DNA of 50,340 nucleotides from Bdellovibrionales bacterium (GTDB lineage: Bacteria; Bdellovibrionota; UBA1018; CAIMNF01): positions 1 through 50,340 of the forward strand of contig JBEIJY010000016.1 in the NCBI GenBank assembly GCA_040380025.1, in the 5' to 3' direction. The notes below the pieces were generated by a model. The model did not search any database. It saw nothing but the letters and a program-made list of their open reading frames with translations, and was not told the origin of the DNA. A program made the translations under genes and the position numbers. Positions 37,179 through 47,004 of the stretch are shown in pieces (positions within the stretch are counted from its first letter, which is position 1; the number at the start of each line of letters is the position of its first letter).

Positions 37179-37936
37179 CGGCGCAGAAGAAGAATGAGTT
37201 TCACGTACTTGATGAAATACGCATGGGTCGAAAGCACGCTCCAGTACCATCCTTCGCGGCCGTTCAAGACATTGAGGTGAAGAAAATAGAACTGCAGAAA
37301 CTTCACCGGCGTGAGGAGGACATGAAGGGATGCTCGCGCGAGACTTGCGGTTTCCCGGAGCGATTGCGCTCCGAGAGTGGTGTAGCGGTTCATCTTCTCG
37401 AGATACAGTTCCAGATCCGGATAACTGAAGTGATGGATGTGGTTCCGGGTGGTGAGAACGCATGGATCCCGGAGGATGACTTTTTCATGCACCGATGCGC
37501 GATCGAAGTCCCCCGCGGACTTCCGGAATATGCGGAGCACCCGAACCCTGGACTCGCGCCCGAAGCGGAATGGCCTTCCCAAAAAAACCAGACGCGAACG
37601 GATCCAGATGCCGTTCCGTTCGGGGATCCGGATTTCCTCCAAAATCTCGCGGGCGAGTTCCGGGGTCACCTCTTCGTCGGCATCGAGGCTGAAAACCCAG
37701 TCATGGGTCGCACTCCGCACTGCAAACGACTTCTGCTCGCCAAAGCGCTCAAAGGGGTGGTCGATCACCGTGCATCCGAAAGACTGTGCGATCTCACAGG
37801 TACGATCGGTGCTTCCGCTATCGACCACGAGGATCTCATCGCAGAACGAAAGCGATCGGAGGGCGCGCGCGAGGTTTTTCTCTTCATTCTTGGTGATGAG
37901 CACCGCAGAGATCGGCGTGGGGTTTCGGGTCGGCAT
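37175..37936 (-). CDS. GT2 glycosyltransferase (WaaE/KdtX-like)
   Basis: IT.NEE, VVDSGSTDRT, WVFSLDADE, VHE, KMNRYT and KY.KL. Alternative TTG start at 37972. Confidence 0.9.
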   Translation of the reverse strand: MPTRNPTPISAVLITKNEEKNLARALRSLSFCDEILVVDSGSTDRTCEIAQSFGCTVIDHPFERFGEQKSFAVRSATHDWVFSLDADEEVTPELAREILEEIRIPERNGIWIRSRLVFLGRPFRFGRESRVRVLRIFRKSAGDFDRASVHEKVILRDPCVLTTRNHIHHFSYPDLELYLEKMNRYTTLGAQSLRETASLARASLHVLLTPVKFLQFYFLHLNVLNGREGWYWSVLSTHAYFIKYVKLILLLRR

Positions 37937-37943
37937 GGGCCGC

Positions 37944-37972
37944 AGGATATCGGGGGATCGTGCTTTTCTCAA
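37944..37972 (-). promoter_or_regulatory. Putative internal leaderless sigma70 promoter for GT2-selO
   Basis: TTGAGA-N17-TATCCT, 7 nt before ATG 37936. Confidence 0.5.
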
Positions 37973-39030
37973 GTCGCTTCCATCTGCCGGAGAATCTCGT
38001 CCGAAGTTCCTCGGGCGACGATTCGGTGTCGCTCCCGATCGAGTGATTTTTCGTACAAGGGGTCATAGTACCGGACAAGGAGCTCCCGGATCCAACCCTC
38101 GTGGACCCCCGCCTGCCGGAAGTCCGCGCTCTCGAAAGCCTGACGCATTTCGGCCTGAATCCTGGCCGAAACCAATCCCCCGAGCTTTTTTTCGATGCGA
38201 GCGAGACCCGAAAGAAAAAAAACGAGGGCCTCCTGGGAAGGGGCTTGCTCCGCTCCCGGGCTCGGCCCCAATCGCGGCAGGACGTAGTCATGGGCGATTC
38301 TGCGTACCCGTTCCTCGAGTGGAACTTCCAAAACCAGCATCGGAGATGATTTCATTTTTCGATACAGATTCGCCGGCACCACCCGCGCTCCCACCATGAC
38401 GGATTCGTCTTCGACCAGGATCGATCTGTTTTCGGGGAGTTTGAGCGCGGACGCCATGATTGCGTTCTCGAAAGTCGCCTGCGAGGGTTGGGGCCCGAGC
38501 GCCCCGAAACTCGACCCGCGATGATTCGCATGCAGTTCGATGTCAAGGCAGGGAATTCGATTTTGATGGAGAAACCGCGTCTTTCCGGCTCCGGTTTTAC
38601 CGCCGAGCACGAGGACGTTCCGGGTCCCAAGAATCTCATCGAATCGGATCATCAGGTGATTTCGAAGTCGTTTATATCCTCCCGCGATGCGCTCAATCGG
38701 CCACCCGGCCTCGCGGATCCAGGAACTTGCGATCTGCGAGCGGAGTCCTCCGCGGAGGCAGTATAGTCGCGCATCGGGATGATCTTGTACGAATGCGACC
38801 CACGCGGCCACGCGATTCTGGCGCACCTCACCCGAAACAAGCTCATGGCCAAGCCGGATCGCCGCCTCCTGCCCCTCGTTCCGGTAGCAAAGACCGACTT
38901 GGTGTCGTTCTTCGTTGTTCAGAATCGGAAGATTTCGCGAGGAAGGGAGGCTCCCCTCTGAAAACTCCACCGGAGCTCGCACGTCGATCAGGGGCAGGTC
39001 GTCTCGAAAAATCCGGTCAAAATCAAGCAT
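37969..39030 (-). CDS. selU: tRNA 2-selenouridine synthase
   Basis: Rhodanese domain IDVRAPVEF..G, YCLRGGLRS, GGYK; P-loop GKTGAGKT; ANHRGSSFG, QPSQATFEN, EDES and YYDPLY. Confidence 0.95.
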   Translation of the reverse strand: MLDFDRIFRDDLPLIDVRAPVEFSEGSLPSSRNLPILNNEERHQVGLCYRNEGQEAAIRLGHELVSGEVRQNRVAAWVAFVQDHPDARLYCLRGGLRSQIASSWIREAGWPIERIAGGYKRLRNHLMIRFDEILGTRNVLVLGGKTGAGKTRFLHQNRIPCLDIELHANHRGSSFGALGPQPSQATFENAIMASALKLPENRSILVEDESVMVGARVVPANLYRKMKSSPMLVLEVPLEERVRRIAHDYVLPRLGPSPGAEQAPSQEALVFFLSGLARIEKKLGGLVSARIQAEMRQAFESADFRQAGVHEGWIRELLVRYYDPLYEKSLDRERHRIVARGTSDEILRQMEAT

Positions 39031-40090
39031 GGACGAGGATTCGCGGGGTGGAGGGGCGTTCGCCTGCTGTTTCTTCTACTGTGCCAATGCGTGAGGTATC
39101 GGGAAACCTCGCACGGAGTTTTGCGGTCACGGCGTCGGCGGACTCGGCGGCGACCGAGAGCAAAAGACCGCCGCTCGTTTGCGGATCAAACAGGATCAAA
39201 TCCTCGCCCGAAGAAGACAGGGCCGGATCGAGCAGGCATTCTTTCTCGACATAGAGGCGATTGGTCCGATGAGCCTTGGTGAGGTTTTCGGCGCGCAGGG
39301 ACTCGCGCGCGAGGCGGAAGATTGGAATCGCAGGGGCTTGGATCCGGATCCGGACTTCGGATGCGCGGGCCATTTGAAGCGTGTGCCCGAGGAGTCCGAA
39401 CCCCGTGATGTCGGTTGCGGCATGGATCGAATCCCGTTCCGCTTCGCTCAAAAGGCCCGAGAGATCATTCAGCCTCGTCATCGATGAAATGGCTTCCTGC
39501 AAGTCGCTCTCGTCATAATCGCCGTTTTTCAGGCCGGCGCAAAGAGTTCCGGTTCCCAACGGTTTCGTGAGAATCAAATGATCGCCTGCTCGGGCGGTCT
39601 GATTGCTCCAAAACTTGCGCGGATGAACCGTACCGGTCACGGAGAGGCCGAACTTCAGCGTATCGTCATCGATGGAATGGCCGCCCACCATGGAACAATC
39701 GGCTTCGATCAGTTTGGATCGCGCGCCCTCGAGCACTTCGCGAAGAACTGCGGGGTCGAGAGTCGAAAGGGGAAAAGCCAGGATTCCCATGGCCGTCTTC
39801 GGAACGCCGCCCATCGCGTAAACATCGCTGAGAGCATTGGTGGCCGCGATTTGTCCGAACAGAAAAGGAGTATCGACGATCGGGGTGAAGAAATCGAGCG
39901 TCTGGACCAGGGCGAGATCGGGCGTGATTTGATAAATCCCCGCGTCGTCCAAGTGTCTTCCGTCAATCAATACGGCAGGGTCCTTTGATCGGAAATCCAC
40001 AGTCGAGAGGATTTCACGCAAAAGATCGGCGCTGATCTTTGCCGCGCATCCTCCTTTTTGTACGGTCTGGGTCAGGCGAACGGTTGTCAT
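39023..40090 (-). CDS. selD: Selenophosphate synthetase (Cys form)
   Basis: GGCAAKI, DDAG, QTLDFFTPIVD.P, NALSDVYAMGG, GGHS, TDITGFGLLGH and DPQTSGGLL. Confidence 0.97.
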   Translation of the reverse strand: MTTVRLTQTVQKGGCAAKISADLLREILSTVDFRSKDPAVLIDGRHLDDAGIYQITPDLALVQTLDFFTPIVDTPFLFGQIAATNALSDVYAMGGVPKTAMGILAFPLSTLDPAVLREVLEGARSKLIEADCSMVGGHSIDDDTLKFGLSVTGTVHPRKFWSNQTARAGDHLILTKPLGTGTLCAGLKNGDYDESDLQEAISSMTRLNDLSGLLSEAERDSIHAATDITGFGLLGHTLQMARASEVRIRIQAPAIPIFRLARESLRAENLTKAHRTNRLYVEKECLLDPALSSSGEDLILFDPQTSGGLLLSVAAESADAVTAKLRARFPDTSRIGTVEETAGERPSTPRILVHA

Positions 40091-40249
40091 GGGCACCTCG
40101 ATTCGAAGGCCCTGATGCTAACACGGTTCAGGGGGGCACGGGAGTCCTGAAGTCGGGCCATTTTGTCCGATGCCATCGGGGCCGGATCCGCCTCTCGCGC
40201 TTCTTTTGTCGAGCGCACGATTTTTGCTTTCTCTAATCCGGAGGGGTGA

Positions 40250-40654
40250 ATGAAAGCAACAAAGCTGAAAAAAGCAGTAACCTGGGTCATCCAGATCGTA
40301 CTGGCCATGATTTTTCTTACGATGGGTATGGCCAAGCTCTCAGGAGTCGAGGGCACCATCCAGCTCTTCGAGCAGATCGGGTTCGGACAATGGTTCCGGT
40401 TTGTCACGGGGGCGATCGAGGTGACGGCTTCGATCCTGCTTCTCTTCGGACCGTATGCCTCCCTAGGCGCCGGCTTAATCCTGATCACCATGACAGGCGC
40501 GGTGATGACTCATTTGTGGTGGATCGGCGGGAGCATTCTTCCGCCGCTTTCACTCGGGGCCGCGGCCGCGCTTTTGATGGCGCTCCGGCGGGCGAATCGC
40601 CGCGCGGAGGAGCTCGCAATGCTCGAAGAATTCCCGCGAAAAAAGAGCGCTTAA
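40250..40654 (+). CDS. DoxX-family membrane protein
   Basis: Four TM helices; F..IG.GQWFRFVTG.IE and M.GAV.TH. Confidence 0.85.
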   Translation: MKATKLKKAVTWVIQIVLAMIFLTMGMAKLSGVEGTIQLFEQIGFGQWFRFVTGAIEVTASILLLFGPYASLGAGLILITMTGAVMTHLWWIGGSILPPLSLGAAAALLMALRRANRRAEELAMLEEFPRKKSA

Positions 40655-40756
40655 GAAAAACTCAAGAAAATCAGGATCGAAATCCGCGAGAATCCCTGCG
40701 AAATTCCGTTTTCATTTCCTGAAAAGAATCTATGATCGGTTTCAGGGGGATCCGCA

Positions 40757-41476
40757 ATGACATCTGCAATGGCATCCTTGAAGGGCAGAAAAATCTTGGT
40801 CGCTGATGACGAGCCGATGCTTCGGGAAATTCTGAGGGATGTTCTCGAGTTCGAAGGCGCCGTCGTGAAAGAAGCATCAAACGGAAAAGAAGCGTTCGCG
40901 GCGATGTTGAGTGATCCGACCGAGGCAGTGATTTCAGACATCCGGATGCCCGGCGGAGACGGGCTCGAATTGCTCGAGAGACTCCGGGAGCGGAATTTCG
41001 ATACGCCGGTGGTTCTGCTGATCACCGGATTCTCGGATCTTTCTCACGATGCCGCCTATAACAAGGGAGCCGATGCGGTTTTTTCGAAGCCGTTTGATGT
41101 GAATGAACTAACGGATCGTCTCAGGGCTCTTTTGACGGGGTTCCGGGAGCGTTTGTCCTGGCCGGTTTCGGCTCCCGTGACGGGAGCGATTTCCCGCCCC
41201 GGGCGGGGCGGCGTCTCGATCGGTCGGGGCGGGATGTTCGTGGGCGGGTTCAGCGAGGAGTACGTCGGAACCGTGGTTTCTTTTGAGGTCGGCCCGTTCG
41301 AGTCGGAGCCGACGATTCGGGGAACCGGCGTGATCCGGTGGGTTCGAAAAGTGACTCAAGGGGAATTTCCGGAGGGGAGCGGAGTCGAGTTTCTGTATCT
41401 CGATCCTGATTCGCTCCGTGTCGTGGAGGAGGTTCTTGCTCGCGATCCTCGGCGTGCATTCATTCCAGATCGTTGA
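40757..41476 (+). CDS. Response regulator: receiver plus PilZ-like domain
   Basis: ILVADDE, ISDIRMP, ITG, KPF; C-terminal SIGRGGMFV...GTGVIRWVR...GVEF. Confidence 0.8.
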   Translation: MTSAMASLKGRKILVADDEPMLREILRDVLEFEGAVVKEASNGKEAFAAMLSDPTEAVISDIRMPGGDGLELLERLRERNFDTPVVLLITGFSDLSHDAAYNKGADAVFSKPFDVNELTDRLRALLTGFRERLSWPVSAPVTGAISRPGRGGVSIGRGGMFVGGFSEEYVGTVVSFEVGPFESEPTIRGTGVIRWVRKVTQGEFPEGSGVEFLYLDPDSLRVVEEVLARDPRRAFIPDR

Positions 41477-41573
41477 TTTTTGGCCGGATTTGGCCCGAAA
41501 TTGCAAAAAACGATCTTTTTTGTACGATTTTCGGGTTGTGCGGATGGCCTGATCCTTGTATCTCCTTCGGGTC

Positions 41574-42290
41574 ATGAAAGCCGTGCCCGTTTTCTCGCGA
41601 TGGATCCTGTTGATGTGTGTCGCGATCACCCTTCCAGAGACCTCTGTGAACGCCCATTCCCGGGCGGATGCTCGATTGATCCATGCCAAAGAGCTTCTCG
41701 GGGGAGGATTCAAAAAGAAAATTATCCGTCGCGAAAAGCGTTCGGTCGGGATTCCTGAATTCGTCGCCGAGACAACAAAGCGGTTCCTGCCCAGGAAATT
41801 CCGTTTCCGTTCGCGCGCGATTTCGAACGCTCTTCTTCGCTCGGCGGAACGATACGAGCTGGATCCCGTGTTTTTGATGGCGGTCGCCCTGAACGAGAGC
41901 AGTTTTGATCCACATCAGGTCGGATCGGTGGGAGAGATCGGATTGATGCAGATCCGTCCGTCCACCGCCGAATGGATCGCGGGTTTGTATTCCTTGGAGT
42001 ACCGGGGAGAGAGAACTCTTTATGATCCGGTGATGAACATCTGGATCGGTGCCGCTTTGATTCACTGGCTTCGCAGGGAGTTTGATCAGAACGGACCCTT
42101 GTACGTCTCGGCCTATAACCTGGGCCCTGGGAAGGTCCGTGAAATGGTCTCTTCGAACCGTCCGCCGAAAGCCTACGTGCGGGCGGTTCTTCGGCGGTAT
42201 GTCGCGATTTACGAAGCCTATCGGGCCCGCGGAAGCCTTACCGTGCTCAGCCAGACCGCCCTTCGGAAGGTGCGCGAGATCACGAATTGA
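41574..42290 (+). CDS. Lytic transglycosylase (SLT domain)
   Basis: Catalytic NESSFDP, GLMQI and SAYNLGPG; N-terminal signal/TM segment. Confidence 0.92.
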   Translation: MKAVPVFSRWILLMCVAITLPETSVNAHSRADARLIHAKELLGGGFKKKIIRREKRSVGIPEFVAETTKRFLPRKFRFRSRAISNALLRSAERYELDPVFLMAVALNESSFDPHQVGSVGEIGLMQIRPSTAEWIAGLYSLEYRGERTLYDPVMNIWIGAALIHWLRREFDQNGPLYVSAYNLGPGKVREMVSSNRPPKAYVRAVLRRYVAIYEAYRARGSLTVLSQTALRKVREITN

Positions 42291-42316
42291 CCGATCCGGC
42301 CTGCGGGGGATACTGT
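42287..42316 (+). promoter_or_regulatory. Putative leaderless sigma70 promoter
   Basis: TTGACC-N18-TACTGT, 7 nt before ATG 42324, with no SD. Confidence 0.55.
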
Positions 42317-42323
42317 CCCCCCC

Positions 42324-42968
42324 ATGAAACAAGAAATGCTCCTGACCGCCCTTCGTACCCGGTACGCCACAAAAAAATTCGATCCCGCACGAAAGATCAG
42401 CGAAGCGGACTGGAAGACTCTCGAGTCGAGCCTTGTGCTTGCCCCGTCCTCGTACGGGCTTGAGCCCTGGAAGTTCCATGTCATCGAAAATCCTGCGATC
42501 CGCGAGAAGCTTCGTGCTGCCTCGTGGAACCAGACGCAGGTGACCGATGCTTCCCATTATGTCGTATTCACCTTCAAGAAGTCCGTGAAGGAATCCGATG
42601 TGGCGGAGCTTCTGGAGCGCACGAGCGCCACGCGTGGCGTTCCGATCGAGGCGCTCGACGGATACCGCAAGGTGATCACAGGTGACTTGATCCACGGTCC
42701 GCGATCGGCCGTGATCGCGCCGTGGGCGGGACGGCAGACCTACATCGCGCTCGGATTTGCGATGCTTTCTGCGGCGATCCTGGGCATCGACACTTGTCCG
42801 ATGGAGGGCATTGATCCCGCCGAATATGACCGCATTCTGGGCCTCGAAGGCTCTGAGTATGCGACGGTGGCGGGCCTTGCGCTCGGCTACCGGCACGCGG
42901 AAGACCGCTATGCCGATGCCAAAAAGGTACGCAAGCACGTTGATCAGGTGATCGTGCATCACCGGTAA
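42324..42968 (+). CDS. NfsB-like nitroreductase
   Basis: RYATKKFD, APSSYGLEPWKF, QTYIALG and GIDTCPMEG. Confidence 0.93.
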   Translation: MKQEMLLTALRTRYATKKFDPARKISEADWKTLESSLVLAPSSYGLEPWKFHVIENPAIREKLRAASWNQTQVTDASHYVVFTFKKSVKESDVAELLERTSATRGVPIEALDGYRKVITGDLIHGPRSAVIAPWAGRQTYIALGFAMLSAAILGIDTCPMEGIDPAEYDRILGLEGSEYATVAGLALGYRHAEDRYADAKKVRKHVDQVIVHHR

Positions 42969-43004
42969 GAAATTCCTCCGGCAATCAGAGAAGGGGCGAG
43001 GGGA

Positions 43005-44888
43005 TCAGGTGATCCTCTCGCTCCGCTTCACCGAACGAAGATTCGTCTGCAGGACTTTCTTCCGCATGCGGATGTTCTTCGGCGTGACTTCGATCCATTC
43101 GTCCTCGTCGATCCATTCAAGGCAGCGCTCAAGCGACATCTCGCGGATTCCCGAAAGGGTCACGAGCACCTCGGCGTGGGCCGCGCGGATGTTCGTGAGT
43201 TTCTTTTCTTTGCACGGATTCACGTTCAGGTCGTTGTCTTTGTTGTGCTCGCCGATGATCATGCCTTCGTACACCTTGGTACCCGGACGCAGGAAGAGCA
43301 CGCCGCGGTCCTCGAGCCCGAGAAGGGCGTACTCGATCGCCTCACCGGTGCGATCCGAGATGATCGCGCCGTTCATGCGGTGGGGGATCTCTCCGCGATG
43401 CGGAATGAAGCCGGTAAGATACGAGCTGAAAAGCCCGTCGCCGCGGGTGGCAGTCAGGTAGCGCGAGCGGATTCCGAGGAGTCCGCGCGAAGGAATATCA
43501 AACTCGAGTCGGACGCGCTGGCGCCCGATGCCCTCGTGATGGGGCATGGTCTCGTACTTCACGAGCGTGCCTTTTCGTTCCTGGAAGATCCGCGTGACGT
43601 CGGATGCGTACACTTCCGGAAGATCCAAAACGGCGCGCTCATGTGGCTCCATGCGGACGCCGCTTTCTTCGCGATAAAGAACGATCGGTTTCCCGACCAT
43701 GAACTCGTATCCTTCCCGGCGCATTTGCTCGATCAGGATCGCGAACTGGAGTTCTCCGCGGCCGAGGATCCGGAACTGGTCTGAGGTGTCGTGCTCCTCG
43801 AAGCGGAGCGCCACATTGTGGCGCACTTCCCGAAGCAAGCGCTCGCGGAGTTTCCGCGATTGGATCGCTTCTCCTTCTTGTCCCGAAAGAGGCGAGGTGT
43901 TCACCGAGAAAATCATCGCCAGGGTCGGCTTCTCGACAATGATCCGCGGCAGGGCCGCAACCGAAGCATCCGAGGTGACGGTGTCCCCGATTTCGACGCC
44001 CTCATTGCCCGAGATCACCACGATGTCCCCTGCGGTCCCTTCGGCCACTTCTTGTTGCTTCAGTCCCACATAGGTGAAGACCTGGGTGATCGTGAAGGCC
44101 TGGGTCAGGGCCGTTCCGTCGGGGCTCACGCCCTGACGGGCGCATTTTGTGTTCTTTTTCACCGAACCCGAGATCACGCGGCCGATGGCGAGCCTTCCCA
44201 CGTAGTCGGAGTGCGAGAGGTTCGAGACGAGCATCTGGAAAGTCTCGGACTGGTTCACCTTCGGAGCGGGGACCGAGGCGAGGATCAGTTCGAAAAGCGG
44301 CTGGAGGGAGCCGGTTTTTTCGCGCGACAGATAGGCTGGAATTTCGTCAAAATCGGTGGTGCACCAGCCCTGGCGGGCGGCCGCGTACACGATCGGGAAA
44401 TCGGCCTGTTCCTCGTTCGCGCCGAGTTCCAGGAACAAATCGAAGGTCGCATTCACGACTTCGCGAATCCGCTTGCCGTCCGCGCACTCGGGGCGGTCGA
44501 CTTTGTTGATGACCAAAATCACCTTGTGGCCTTTGGAAAGGGCTTTTTGAAGTACAAAGCGGGTTTGGGGAAGGGGGCCTTCGGCCGCATCCACCAAAAG
44601 AAGGGCTCCATCGACCATGCCCATGATCCGTTCGACCTCGCCGCCGAAGTCGGCGTGACCCGGGGTGTCGACGATGTTGATCTTGGTGTCGCCCACCATC
44701 ACCGAGGTGTTTTTCGAGAGAATCGTGATTCCCCGCTCTTTCTCGAGGTCGCCCGAGTCCATGACCCGTTCTTCGACCACTTGGTGCGTTTGAAAGGTAC
44801 CGGATTGGCGAAGGAGGTGGTCAACGAGGGTCGTTTTTCCGTGGTCGACGTGGGCGATAATACAAACATTGCGAAGATTCAGGCTCAT
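43005..44888 (-). CDS. typA: Translational GTPase TypA/BipA
   Basis: [42 protein letters not shown] and K.LTNIRA. Confidence 0.97.
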   Translation of the reverse strand: MSLNLRNVCIIAHVDHGKTTLVDHLLRQSGTFQTHQVVEERVMDSGDLEKERGITILSKNTSVMVGDTKINIVDTPGHADFGGEVERIMGMVDGALLLVDAAEGPLPQTRFVLQKALSKGHKVILVINKVDRPECADGKRIREVVNATFDLFLELGANEEQADFPIVYAAARQGWCTTDFDEIPAYLSREKTGSLQPLFELILASVPAPKVNQSETFQMLVSNLSHSDYVGRLAIGRVISGSVKKNTKCARQGVSPDGTALTQAFTITQVFTYVGLKQQEVAEGTAGDIVVISGNEGVEIGDTVTSDASVAALPRIIVEKPTLAMIFSVNTSPLSGQEGEAIQSRKLRERLLREVRHNVALRFEEHDTSDQFRILGRGELQFAILIEQMRREGYEFMVGKPIVLYREESGVRMEPHERAVLDLPEVYASDVTRIFQERKGTLVKYETMPHHEGIGRQRVRLEFDIPSRGLLGIRSRYLTATRGDGLFSSYLTGFIPHRGEIPHRMNGAIISDRTGEAIEYALLGLEDRGVLFLRPGTKVYEGMIIGEHNKDNDLNVNPCKEKKLTNIRAAHAEVLVTLSGIREMSLERCLEWIDEDEWIEVTPKNIRMRKKVLQTNLRSVKRSERIT

Positions 44889-45019
44889 AAAGGGGGGAGT
44901 CTTTCAGTTCAGTAGCTGATTTTTTTGGATTGCTTTTTCTCCACGATACAGGTAAACCCCTAACTTCTGAACCGATTTTTTGCTTTTTTCGCAAAGTTTT
45001 AGAGAAGGAAACGACAGTC

Positions 45020-45334
45020 ATGGCACGCGTATGTGATTTAACCGGCACCAAGCCGTTCAGCGGAAACAAAGTATCCCACTCCAACATCAAGACTCGCACC
45101 AAATGGTTGCCGAACCTGAAGGAGAAGCGCTATCTCGTTCCCGAGCTTTCCCGCTCGGTGACCCTGAAGCTTTCGACCCGTGCCATCCGCACGATCGACA
45201 AGCTCGGCGGCGTCTCCCAGGCGATCATGAAGGCCAAGCTCGAAACCCTGAGCCCTCGCGCAGCGAAGCTCCGGAATGAGATCAAAAAAGCCCGCACGCT
45301 GATCTCCGCGGGCAAGAAAAAACTCGCAGTCTGA
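45020..45334 (+). CDS. rpmB: 50S ribosomal protein L28
   Basis: MARVCDLTG.KP..GN.VSHSN.KT...WLPNL; SD AAGGA. Confidence 0.95.
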   Translation: MARVCDLTGTKPFSGNKVSHSNIKTRTKWLPNLKEKRYLVPELSRSVTLKLSTRAIRTIDKLGGVSQAIMKAKLETLSPRAAKLRNEIKKARTLISAGKKKLAV

Positions 45335-45374
45335 TTTGATCCGGGAAGTTTGATCCCGGAAGGAAAGATCGAAC

Positions 45375-45407
45375 AAGCCCCGTGGGTCATCCCCGCGGGG
45401 CTTTTTT
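45375..45407 (+). terminator. Intrinsic terminator after rpmB
   Basis: Stem AAGCCCCGTGGG / CCCGCGGGGCTT followed by a T run. Confidence 0.85.
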
Positions 45408-45421
45408 CATTTCTCTCTTTT

Positions 45422-46219
45422 TCATTGCCCGCTTTGCAATTCGAGCAAATGGCGCAAGTGAGCGTAGCTTCCGCGCCAGGCGCCGGGGGAGCGCAGCGAG
45501 GGGGCTTCGATGCAGGTCAGGCTCTTCGCCTCCGGGCGCACCAAAAACACCGAAACGCCCGCATTCGTGGCCGGAAGGTCCATCTTCCTCTCGTTTCCGA
45601 TCATGAGGCATTCGGAGGCCTCGAATTTTTCTTGCGAAAGCAGCTCAAGGTAATACTCCTTGTGCGGCTTGCAGGCGTGCATCCGATCGGCGGTCGTGAT
45701 GCTCCCGAAATAAGCAGGGTCGATCCCGCCCCAGCGCATCCGCATGTGGACCAGATCGATCGTCCAGACCGGATTCGTGGCGAGCGTCAGGGAGTACTGG
45801 GGCTTCGCCCATTCTAGGAACTTCCCGGCCCCTTTGATTTTTCCGAAGTGCGGTTTCAGCTTCGGAAACACCCGGAGGAGGTTTTCGCGCACCTCTTTTT
45901 CGGCCTCCTCGAAGCCGATCTTGAAGTAACGCGCGAAGTTCTCGATCATCCGTTCGTGATTTGTTTTCGTGCGATGGGGGTTCTTCATCGACTCGGCGCC
46001 CGCCCGGAGTGCCTGATAGGCCGCGGCCCAACCTTGGCGCTTCTTCATGAGCGGGAGCGTCCGGCCGATGAACTCGATATGAACCATGAAGCCGCCGGAG
46101 TCGATCAGTGTGCCGTCGAGATCACAAAGAAGATGGCGGAAGCGGTTCTGGGGAAGCGTGATCGGGCTCAAGAGGGACTCCTTCGAACGAATTCTACTCC
46201 AAAAAGAGGTTGTCGTCAT
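45422..46219 (-). CDS. HAD-family hydrolase
   Basis: Motif I DLDGTL, motif II ATNP, CKP and CLMIGN...D. Confidence 0.9.
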   Translation of the reverse strand: MTTTSFWSRIRSKESLLSPITLPQNRFRHLLCDLDGTLIDSGGFMVHIEFIGRTLPLMKKRQGWAAAYQALRAGAESMKNPHRTKTNHERMIENFARYFKIGFEEAEKEVRENLLRVFPKLKPHFGKIKGAGKFLEWAKPQYSLTLATNPVWTIDLVHMRMRWGGIDPAYFGSITTADRMHACKPHKEYYLELLSQEKFEASECLMIGNERKMDLPATNAGVSVFLVRPEAKSLTCIEAPSLRSPGAWRGSYAHLRHLLELQSGQ

Positions 46220-46245
46220 GAGGGTGGCTTTGTTTTAATTCGGTC

Positions 46246-47004
46246 ATGGAGTTTGCGGGGTATGTGCATCAGTTGGAGTCGTTGTACCTTTCGTCGGGCG
46301 GCATCGTGGCCAGGCCAAGGCCGATCGCCGATCTTTTGCCCGATGTTCCCCGGCGAATCCTGATCATCGCCCCGCACCCGGATGACGAGTGCCTGATGGC
46401 AGGCCTTGCGCTACGGGCGCGCGAGGAGGTCAGAGCAGAAGTCTCGGTTCTGCCGTACACCTTCGGAAGCGATCCCGCGCGGCAAGCGGCACGGCGTTCC
46501 GAGCTTGTGGCGGCTCTGTCCGTTCTCGGGTTCGAGCTCGTCGATCCTCGCGATCCCAGTACTTTTTTTGCCCTTTCCGAACGCGAAATCCTCCGTGCGC
46601 TCGATTCGGTATCTCCGGATCTGGTCATTCTTCCTCACTCCGATGATCTCCATCCCACGCATGTTCGCTGTTCTAACGAGTCCCGGTCTGCGGTCCTCCG
46701 TCATCAAAACCAGCAACAGATCCCGATCACCATTCTCGAGTCCGAGTACTGGCATCCGATCCGCGAGCCGAATCTGCTGGTTCCGCTCCCGGCCTCGATC
46801 GTGGCGATCATGGGAGAAGCGCTCATGAGGCACCAAGGCGAGATTCAGCGAAATCCCTACCACCTGTCGCTTCCGGCCTGGCTCATGGATCAAGAACGGC
46901 GGGGAACGGAACGGGTTCAGGGGATGGGTTCCAAGCCCCGGTCCCCGTCCCAGTTCTCCCAACTTTATCGCCTGACCCGAATCACTTCTGAAGCCGGGTC
47001 CTAA
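46246..47004 (+). CDS. PIG-L/LmbE-family N-deacetylase
   Basis: IAPHPDDE, R..EL..A and D.HPTH. Confidence 0.9.
   Translation: MEFAGYVHQLESLYLSSGGIVARPRPIADLLPDVPRRILIIAPHPDDECLMAGLALRAREEVRAEVSVLPYTFGSDPARQAARRSELVAALSVLGFELVDPRDPSTFFALSEREILRALDSVSPDLVILPHSDDLHPTHVRCSNESRSAVLRHQNQQQIPITILESEYWHPIREPNLLVPLPASIVAIMGEALMRHQGEIQRNPYHLSLPAWLMDQERRGTERVQGMGSKPRSPSQFSQLYRLTRITSEAGS

Noticed and set aside
35748..40090. Selenocysteine in SelD or SelO; selenoneine (senABC) cluster
   Set aside because: SelD has Cys (GGCAAK). SelO ends in the usual bacterial SCSS before its TGA. The glycosyltransferase is GT2 rather than SenB-like, and no senA/egtB homologue is present.
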